DNA from: an uncultured Desulfobacter sp.
GTDB taxonomy: Bacteria; Desulfobacterota; Desulfobacteria; Desulfobacterales; Desulfobacteraceae
NCBI GenBank assembly: GCA_963665095.1
Contig: OY762069.1
Coordinates: forward strand, 4,768,001 to 4,832,000
DNA length: 64,000 nt
Direction of reading: 5' to 3'
Shown piece by piece: positions 57,224-64,000 of the stretch. The notes below the pieces were generated by a model that was not told the origin of the DNA, made no database searches, and saw only the letters and a program-made list of their open reading frames with translations. Position 1 is the stretch's first letter, and every line of letters begins with the position of its first letter. Both the position numbers and the translations under genes were made by a program.

Positions 57224-57464
57224 AAAGGTCGGGGGGTGAAAGAGCCTTTAATTCGCTCCCTACCTGCCCTTCTGTCACATCTGGCATAAATAGAAACTTT
57301 GCCGTCTAATGTCAATTTGAAATTGAAAATCAGGCTTGCGGATTCGCAATGCCCAAAATAGGTGTTGACAAGGCAAAATTACAAATAGTACATGATGGCC
57401 ATATTTGACGTTTTTAAGCGTCAAAAGACGTTAATAAAAATAAAATTGCATTTTGGAAATAACT

Positions 57465-58262
57465 ATGACCACATTAGAGGTCAATCATCTCTATTTTAAT
57501 TACGACACTGCCAAGGTGTTAAAGGATGTCTCCTTTAACGCCGGGCCGGGAAAGGTTTTAGGCCTGCTTGGCCCCAATGCCTCGGGCAAAACCACCCTGT
57601 TTAAATGCATGAACGGAGTCCTTAACCCTGAAAAAGGCCATGTCAGCCTGTCCGGTCGGCCCATCGCGGCAATGTCCAGGAAAAATCTGTCCCGGCTCAT
57701 GGCGGTGGTGCCCCAGCAGACCGGGTCTGCGTTTTCGTTCACAGCCAGGGATATGGTGGTCATGGCCCGATCGGCGACGTTGTCCATGTGGCAGCGGCCG
57801 TCAAAAAAAGATTATGATGGTGCGGAGCAAGCCCTTGCGGACTTGGGGGCGGCAGGACTTTCATCGCGCATGTTCAGTGCCTTAAGCGGCGGCGAAAAAC
57901 AAATTGTTCTTCTGGCCCGGGCCATGTTTCAATCCCCGGCTGTTCTTCTTTTGGATGAGCCCACTGCCCATCTGGACTTTAAGAATCAGCATTTGATGCT
58001 TGATATGGTCAAAAGCGTGACCCTTAAGCAGGGCCTGACAACGGTTGTTACTTTGCATGATCCCAACCTTGCTTCGCGATACTGCGATGAAATTGTGATG
58101 ATTAAACAGGGACGGGTAATCGAATGCGGCCCTGTGAGGCATGTCCTCAGGGAGGATATTCTGGAGTCCGTGTACGGTATAAAAGTCATGGTGCAGAACC
58201 ACTGCCTTGGCAGGCACCTTGTCATTCCCCGGACAGATGCTGCCGGGGCCGTCATGTTTTAA
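57465..58262 (+). CDS. FecE-like ABC ATPase
   Basis: GPNASGKTT, LSGGEKQ, LDEPTAHLD, LHDPNLA. Confidence 0.92.
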   Translation: MTTLEVNHLYFNYDTAKVLKDVSFNAGPGKVLGLLGPNASGKTTLFKCMNGVLNPEKGHVSLSGRPIAAMSRKNLSRLMAVVPQQTGSAFSFTARDMVVMARSATLSMWQRPSKKDYDGAEQALADLGAAGLSSRMFSALSGGEKQIVLLARAMFQSPAVLLLDEPTAHLDFKNQHLMLDMVKSVTLKQGLTTVVTLHDPNLASRYCDEIVMIKQGRVIECGPVRHVLREDILESVYGIKVMVQNHCLGRHLVIPRTDAAGAVMF

Positions 58263-58273
58263 GTGGAGACGGT

Positions 58274-59293
58274 GTGACTAAACAAACCCTCCTGTTTCCG
58301 TTGTTTTTCTTATGCTTGGGCTGCACTGTCGGGGTGGCCCTGTCCACGGGCAAATATCCCTTGGATCTTCCCACCCTGGGCCGGCTGATTTTTGGTGCCC
58401 TTGGTTTGAAAGAGCTGCCTGGGGATCTGGCCGGCCCCGGGCTTGTTCTCTGGTCCGTCCGGATGCCCAGGATCGTCATGGCGATCCTGGTGGGGGCAGG
58501 GCTGTCGGTTGCAGGCACCATGTTCCAGGGCCTGTTTAAGAACCCACTGGTATCGCCGGGAATCCTGGGTGTGACCTCCGGGGCCAACTTTGGTGCGGCC
58601 CTGGGATTGCTTTTCCTTGCCGGGAATGCCGTGGCCATCCAGGTGTCGGCCTTTTTCTGGGGCCTTGGTGCGGTATGGCTGACCTATGAGGTGGGCAAAC
58701 GGGGGGACCGGTCTGTCACAACCCTGGTTCTGGCCGGGGTCATTGTCTCTTCCCTTTTCATGGCCGGACTTTCCTATATCAAGTGTAAGGCCGATCCCTT
58801 GGGCCAACTCCCTGCCATTGTCTTCTGGACCATGGGCAGTTTCAACAGCGTCTCCTGGCAGGATGTGGCTGCCGGCGGAAGCCTGATCGCCGCAGGGCTG
58901 ATTGCCTCCTGTTTTTTTAGCTGGAGCCTTAACCCCATGGCCCTTGGGGAGGAGGAGGCGCTCTCTTTAGGGATTAATGTGGCAGGGCGCAGGGCTGTTT
59001 ATATTCTATTGGCCACCCTGATGGTATCTGCTGCCACAGCCCCCTGCGGCAGCATCGGGTGGGTGGGGCTTTTGGTCCCCCATATGGCCAGGATGCTGGT
59101 GGGGGCGCAGCACGAACGCCTGGTGCCCTTTGCAGGCATTCTGGGGGCGATTTTTATGCTGGTCATGGACACCATCGCCCGCATCCTGCCGGGCGGCGAG
59201 ATTCCTGTGGGAATATTAACCGCTGTGATTGGTGCCCCCTGTTTTGGGTTTCTTTTGATCCGGAACAGGACCGGTGTCTGGAATAACAAATAA
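58274..59293 (+). CDS. FecCD/BtuC-family permease
   Basis: GTG start with RBS ggag; VRMPRIV, QGLFKNPLVSPGILGV, WVGLLVPH. Confidence 0.92.
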   Translation: MTKQTLLFPLFFLCLGCTVGVALSTGKYPLDLPTLGRLIFGALGLKELPGDLAGPGLVLWSVRMPRIVMAILVGAGLSVAGTMFQGLFKNPLVSPGILGVTSGANFGAALGLLFLAGNAVAIQVSAFFWGLGAVWLTYEVGKRGDRSVTTLVLAGVIVSSLFMAGLSYIKCKADPLGQLPAIVFWTMGSFNSVSWQDVAAGGSLIAAGLIASCFFSWSLNPMALGEEEALSLGINVAGRRAVYILLATLMVSAATAPCGSIGWVGLLVPHMARMLVGAQHERLVPFAGILGAIFMLVMDTIARILPGGEIPVGILTAVIGAPCFGFLLIRNRTGVWNNK

Positions 59294-59327
59294 TGAACTT
59301 TCCTGTATCAATTCCACGGAGATTTTT

Positions 59328-60431
59328 ATGAGGCAAAATAAAAAAAGAGGTTTGTCCCTTTGGCTGTTATTGGCAGTTATCAGGATTTTAACGTTCATGC
59401 TTTTTTCCGGCGCGGGTTCTCCGGTTTATGCGACGGAACAGGGGGTTCGGATGATCCGGGACCGGTCCGGCCGCACGGTCCAAATTCCTGAAACACCAAC
59501 GCACATCGCCTGTCTTTACGGGGCAAGCTATGAAAAGCTTCTGGCCCTTGGCGCCACCGACCGGATCTCCATGGTGGCCAACGTGGCCCTGCCCTGGAAT
59601 TTTGTGATCAACCCTAAGCTTTCTAAAATCCCGGTACTGGGCAGCTATGGAAGCCCGGATGTGGAGGCGTTGCTTCGCCTTAAAACAGATCTGGTGTTCT
59701 ATCATCCTTTTGCAAAGCAGATTGACCAGCTGACAGCGGCCCGGCTCCCAGTGGTGGTACCCTACAGCGGCAGTCAGCGCATGCATACCATGGACGCGTT
59801 CTTAGAGGACTGGTATGCACAGATCCGTTTCTATGGAGAGGTGCTGGGCGGGGATGCCATTGCCAGGGCCCGTGACTATTGCGCCTATGCAGACGAAAGG
59901 ATCCAAAAAGTCCTTGCCGTCACCTCCGCGATCCCTGAACAGCGCCGGCCAAAAGTGTTCTGGTACTGCGGTCAGGTCAGAGGTCCTTCAGGCACCCAGA
60001 CCCGCCATGCAACCGCGGACTGGCTTGTGACGGCGGCGGGCGGTGCCATGCTCACCCATGAGGAAGCTGCCTACTTTACCAGCGTCTCCACAGAAGAGTT
60101 GATTCTGTGGAATCCGGATATCATCCTGGTCAGCACCCTGCCGTCTCTGGATCCGGTGCTGTCCGATCCCCGGTTGAAAAACATCGCAGCAGTCCGGAAC
60201 CATAAGGTGTTCATGACCCCCCGGGGTCAGTTCTACTGGAGCCATTTTTCCACAGAGTCTTTTCTGTGCATCCTTTACATGGCCAAGCTGTTCCATCCGG
60301 ATGACTTTCAGGATCTGGATATGGTTGACGCGCTTTGTGACTATTACGTTAAATTTTACAATTACGATCTGACCCGGGACCAGGCAAAGCGGATACTGGC
60401 AAGCATGCCGCCTGATTCGCAAGACCATTAG
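59328..60431 (+). CDS. Fe-chelate/cobalamin-type ABC substrate-binding protein
   Basis: DRSGRTVQIP, PDVEALL, EELILWNPDII, AAVRNHKV. Confidence 0.9.
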   Translation: MRQNKKRGLSLWLLLAVIRILTFMLFSGAGSPVYATEQGVRMIRDRSGRTVQIPETPTHIACLYGASYEKLLALGATDRISMVANVALPWNFVINPKLSKIPVLGSYGSPDVEALLRLKTDLVFYHPFAKQIDQLTAARLPVVVPYSGSQRMHTMDAFLEDWYAQIRFYGEVLGGDAIARARDYCAYADERIQKVLAVTSAIPEQRRPKVFWYCGQVRGPSGTQTRHATADWLVTAAGGAMLTHEEAAYFTSVSTEELILWNPDIILVSTLPSLDPVLSDPRLKNIAAVRNHKVFMTPRGQFYWSHFSTESFLCILYMAKLFHPDDFQDLDMVDALCDYYVKFYNYDLTRDQAKRILASMPPDSQDH

Positions 60432-60563
60432 CCTTAACTATGTGAAACAGAGGGGCTCTTTGTAAATGGCTTCCTGTGGCACGCGTTTACTTCTCTATTA
60501 AAAAAATTGAGAAATACCCGGTCAGGTCTTTACCTTTAACAATAATTGATAGTATATAGCGGC

Positions 60564-60599
60564 TATGTCCAAATAGACACATATGTCCAAACAGACACA
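60564..60599. promoter_or_regulatory. Two tandem TGTC-N6-GACA palindromes upstream of the TonB receptor
   Basis: tatgtccaaatagacaca followed by tatgtccaaacagacaca. Confidence 0.7.
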
Positions 60600-60642
60600 G
60601 TGAGTTTTGAAAGCGTTGAAGATGACTCAGTGACGCCTGACG

Positions 60643-60695
60643 CGGATATTTCATTTCACATAACGGCAGGTACTCCTTCGTGAAATGTCCGGGCT
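60643..60695 (-). repeat. REP-like element, second copy
   Basis: Reverse complement reads cggacatttcac...atgaaatatccg, matching the ends of 49109..49154. Confidence 0.6.
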
Positions 60696-60929
60696 GACCG
60701 TCTTTGGCCTTTCATTAAAATAAAATTGTAGAAAAACGGTTTCCTTTGTCCGGTTTCTGCGTTGGAAGAAAATGTTAATCCTTAAAATCAAGTTCTGCAT
60801 TCCAAAGGGTTAAATTTCATCCGCCTTAAAATCAAACAAAAGCAATCGGTTTTCCAAGCAGATAAACAGGCAATGTTTGATTGCCGATAAGATCGCATTA
60901 TAAATTTTTAAGCAAGCATGGAGGAATGT

Positions 60930-62969
60930 ATGAAGCTCACCCGAATTTCAGCGGCATTGGTTCTCGGTTTTATGCTCTGTATTTCGTCCCTGGCCTTAGC
61001 CCAGGATGACACTCAATCCCAGGAAGAGGTTTTTGACCTTGGTGATGTACTGATTCTTGGAAAAAGCGGAGATGCAGGACAGGCCACCACAACCAATGTT
61101 ATTAGTATGGAGGACATGAAACAGATTGGCGCGACCAATGTTGCTGATGCCCTGGAACAGGTTCCCGGCATTGACATTTCGATTCACCCGAAATCAGGTC
61201 CGCAGCTGAAAATGAGAGGGTATGGAGCGGATGAGATCAAGATCCTGATCGACGGGGTCCCGGCCTATGAAACCTACGACGGATACCTGGACCTGAGCCA
61301 GATCCCTGTGGACTCCATTGCAAAGATCGAGATTACCAAAGGCGTTGCATCGGCGCTTTACGGGGCCAATTCCATGGGTGGTGTTATCAACATCGTGACC
61401 AAAAAAGGGGGAAAAACTCCGAAAACCAATATCACCGCGTCTATCGGGGAGAACAGCACCCGGAATGTAACGGTTAGCACCAGCGGTTCCAAGAACCAAT
61501 TTAATTATGCATTATCCGGCTCTTTCAGGGAATCTGACGGCTGGGATGTCTCCGATGACTTTGACCCCAACAACACGGTTTCGGGAATTGGAACGGAATA
61601 TAATGAAGATGGCGGCACCCGGGACTTAAGTGAGTATACCTACAGAACCCTGAACGCAAAAGCCGGGTATGAATTTGCTGCCGACTCCAAGGTGTATCTC
61701 TCTTTTGACTATCATGACAATGACCGTGGCTGTCCCACATCCAGTGACCGCTACTGGGCCTATTCCGAATGGAAACAGTGGCATTTTAACCTGGTTGGTG
61801 AACATGCTGTTACCAGCAATATCAGTCTTAAAGGCCGATTATTTTACGTTAAACACGATGATACTCTGGAAGACGTGTCCTGGGATGATGATCACAGCAC
61901 CGGCAGGAAATGGTTTGAGAAAAGTTCTTATGAAGATGACAGCACCGGTGGTGAACTGCAGGCCTACGTCAACCTGACCGAGAACAACCTGTTGAAAATT
62001 GGAACCACCTATGTCCGGGACAATCATACCCAGCAGGATTTCCTGGATGAAGACTGCATGGGGGTCATCAGATGGGGAGATCCTGTGGGCTACCAGCCCG
62101 AAGAAGATTATGCTGCAGATACCTATTCTTTTGCCATTGAAGATGAGCTTCGTTTCTTTAATAACAAGCTGACCCTGCTTGCCGGATTAAGCTATGATGT
62201 TTTCAGCCCGGAAGAAGCCAATGGCCAGCCCGTTCCAGACTCCACAGACACCATTAATCCCCAGGCAGGCCTGGTTTATGATGTGGATAATACCCTGCAG
62301 TTGCACACCTCCGTGGGTAAAAAGACTCGGTTTCCCCGTCTCAAGGAACTTTACAGTGAGATGGCCGGAGGAAATCCCGAACTGGAAGCAGAAGAATCCA
62401 TCAACTATGAAATCGGTCTGGACAAATCCTTTACCGATAAATTAAACGTTACGGTCGCACTTTTCTACAGTGACATTGACAATAAAATCGACGAGGATGA
62501 AAACGACGACGGAGACAATATCTACGTCAACAAGGGGGAGGCCAAAAATAAGGGTCTGGAAGCCAGTGTGCATTACGTCACTCCGTTTAATTTAAACGTC
62601 GGCGTTGGATACACCTACCTGAAATCAACGGAAAAAGCAGATGAGAACAGCCCGGAACTGGACGCGGATTATACACCTAAACATAAGCTGACCTTTGATC
62701 TGAGGTATCGGTTCGACTTTGGCCTGACAGCATCCGGGCAGGTGATCTGCACCGGTAAACAGATCGAATACGATGACAACGATGACAAACAGGATGTCGG
62801 GGGCTTCACTATTGTGAACCTGCGGCTGAGCCAGGAACTGACCATGTTTAAATCTCTGACGCCCGAGATTTTTCTTGAAGCGGACAACCTTTTTGATAAA
62901 AATTATTATGAAGGAAACGGTCCGACACAGGGAAGAAGCATTCTTCTGGGTGCCAGTATGACATTCTGA
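60930..62969 (+). CDS. TonB-dependent outer-membrane receptor
   Basis: TonB-box-like DLGDVLI; plug motifs NVADALEQVPG, LIDGVP, IEITKG..SALYGANSMGGVINIVTK; NLFDKNY; C-terminal F. Confidence 0.95.
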   Translation: MKLTRISAALVLGFMLCISSLALAQDDTQSQEEVFDLGDVLILGKSGDAGQATTTNVISMEDMKQIGATNVADALEQVPGIDISIHPKSGPQLKMRGYGADEIKILIDGVPAYETYDGYLDLSQIPVDSIAKIEITKGVASALYGANSMGGVINIVTKKGGKTPKTNITASIGENSTRNVTVSTSGSKNQFNYALSGSFRESDGWDVSDDFDPNNTVSGIGTEYNEDGGTRDLSEYTYRTLNAKAGYEFAADSKVYLSFDYHDNDRGCPTSSDRYWAYSEWKQWHFNLVGEHAVTSNISLKGRLFYVKHDDTLEDVSWDDDHSTGRKWFEKSSYEDDSTGGELQAYVNLTENNLLKIGTTYVRDNHTQQDFLDEDCMGVIRWGDPVGYQPEEDYAADTYSFAIEDELRFFNNKLTLLAGLSYDVFSPEEANGQPVPDSTDTINPQAGLVYDVDNTLQLHTSVGKKTRFPRLKELYSEMAGGNPELEAEESINYEIGLDKSFTDKLNVTVALFYSDIDNKIDEDENDDGDNIYVNKGEAKNKGLEASVHYVTPFNLNVGVGYTYLKSTEKADENSPELDADYTPKHKLTFDLRYRFDFGLTASGQVICTGKQIEYDDNDDKQDVGGFTIVNLRLSQELTMFKSLTPEIFLEADNLFDKNYYEGNGPTQGRSILLGASMTF

Positions 62970-63000
62970 TGCCTTGTATGAATATTTTGGACACCAATGA

Positions 63001-64000
63001 GTGTACAAAGTGAGATTCTGTGCATATGAAAACATCCGGACCGGGATCCCGGTCCGGATTATTTTTTTAATTGCCGCAGGTTTGCTGCTGGCAACAGTGA
63101 GGCTTTCGTGGGCTCAGATCTCGTTTCTGGATGCAGCCGGCCGCAGGGTTGATCTGCCCGCCCCTCCGGACCGGATTGTGGTGGCCGGTTTTGCCCCTTT
63201 CATTCCCCTTCATATGCTTTATATGTTTGAAGAGGCCCGGGAAACGCTTGTGGGGTATGAGCAAAGATTCAAGGGCGAAAACCGGTTTCTGGGCCTGATA
63301 GATCAAAATTTTCATGAGAAAACCGCGTTGAACTCCAATCCGGCTGTGGAGTCCATCATTGCCCTGAAGCCGGATCTTGTCATTGCCAAAGCCGGCAACC
63401 AGAAACGATTTTCTAAACTGCTTTCTCCTGTGGGCATTCCTGTGATGTATGTGGGCGGGGAAAGCCCTGAACTTTTTTTATCAGATATTCAAAATCTGGG
63501 GCAGGTTTTAGACAATCCGGAACGGGCCCGTGCCATTGTTGCCTATTACAGGGAAAAGCTGGCCCTGATCCGGCAAAAAACCGAAAAGATCCCACAGAAA
63601 AACAGACCAGGGGTTCTGGTCCTTGAGTACTCCAACCGGGGAAAAGCCATTGCTTTAAATGTTCCGGCCCGTTCCTGGATACAGACCCGCCAGGCCGAGA
63701 TGGCCGGTGGCCATCCGGTATGGACCGATGCGCCGGCTGCACAGGAAGGGTGGCAGATTACCGGATTTGAACAGATCGCCCGATGGAATCCGGATAAAAT
63801 TTTTATGGTGGTCTGGTACCGGCTTCAGGGGCCCAAGGTGCTTGAGGATCTATACACGGATGACAAGTGGCAACAGCTAAAGGCGGTTCAGGCGAACCAG
63901 CTGTGGCTGTTCCCCCAGGATCTGTACGGCTGGGATTCCATGAGTCCCCGCTGGATTCTCGGGGCCCTGTGGATGAACCGGATGATCTGTCCTGAAAAAT
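63001..64000 (+). CDS. ABC substrate-binding protein, 3' end outside window (absent from the ORF track)
   Basis: Open frame from GTG 63001/63010: signal IIFLIAAGLLLATVRLSWA|Q, DAAGRRVDLP, ALKPDLVI, EQIARWNPD, GWDSMSPRW. Confidence 0.88.
   Translation, partial: MYKVRFCAYENIRTGIPVRIIFLIAAGLLLATVRLSWAQISFLDAAGRRVDLPAPPDRIVVAGFAPFIPLHMLYMFEEARETLVGYEQRFKGENRFLGLIDQNFHEKTALNSNPAVESIIALKPDLVIAKAGNQKRFSKLLSPVGIPVMYVGGESPELFLSDIQNLGQVLDNPERARAIVAYYREKLALIRQKTEKIPQKNRPGVLVLEYSNRGKAIALNVPARSWIQTRQAEMAGGHPVWTDAPAAQEGWQITGFEQIARWNPDKIFMVVWYRLQGPKVLEDLYTDDKWQQLKAVQANQLWLFPQDLYGWDSMSPRWILGALWMNRMICPEK
63034..63068 (+). terminator. 26-bp perfect palindrome plus T-run after the TonB receptor gene
   Basis: atccggaccgggatcccggtccggat followed by tattttttt. 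Confidence 0.65.

Noticed and set aside
60432..60929. Cobalamin riboswitch before the TonB receptor
   Set aside because: No B12-box or GGGAA...GCCACTG core seen, so a btuB label is not given.

Overview
Chromosomal segment that looks like a sulfate-reducing Desulfobacterota member (Desulfobacter-like; inferred from gene content and repeat families, not from a search). (1) 1-2.1 kb: a 5'-truncated globin-GAF-EAL-CZB phosphodiesterase. (2) 2.1-19.4 kb, minus strand: a self-contained, atypical type IV filament (T4P/T2SS hybrid) operon. It has three very large acidic prepilins (380, 341, 714 aa), a frameshifted PilM-PilN fusion, PilO/P, a lipidated secretin, PilT, PilB/GspE, PilC/GspF, a PPIase and accessory genes. 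It is led by a near-consensus sigma70 promoter, a His/Cys-rich leader ORF ending in an RGPP arrest-type motif and a 79-aa small protein, and sits beside an internally deleted MarR gene. This is the best candidate for an undescribed, possibly metal-regulated pilus. (3) 19.9-23.6 kb: a CydA-like subunit fused to eight c-heme motifs, plus its partner. (4) 23.8-50.8 kb: mostly housekeeping and signalling genes (NUDIX, lipase, kinase, prs, porin, rsmA, M16 peptidase, panB/panG, acyl-CoA ligase/TetR, PHP phosphatase, two HD-GYP genes, a polar amino-acid ABC system). (5) 51.2-64 kb: a divergent metal-chelate uptake island (TonB receptor, three binding proteins, two FecCD permeases, two ATPases, DUF364-like) that unexpectedly carries a divergent CcsA/ResB-like pair. 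Several small structured repeat families occur. No rRNA, tRNA, CRISPR array or transposase was seen.
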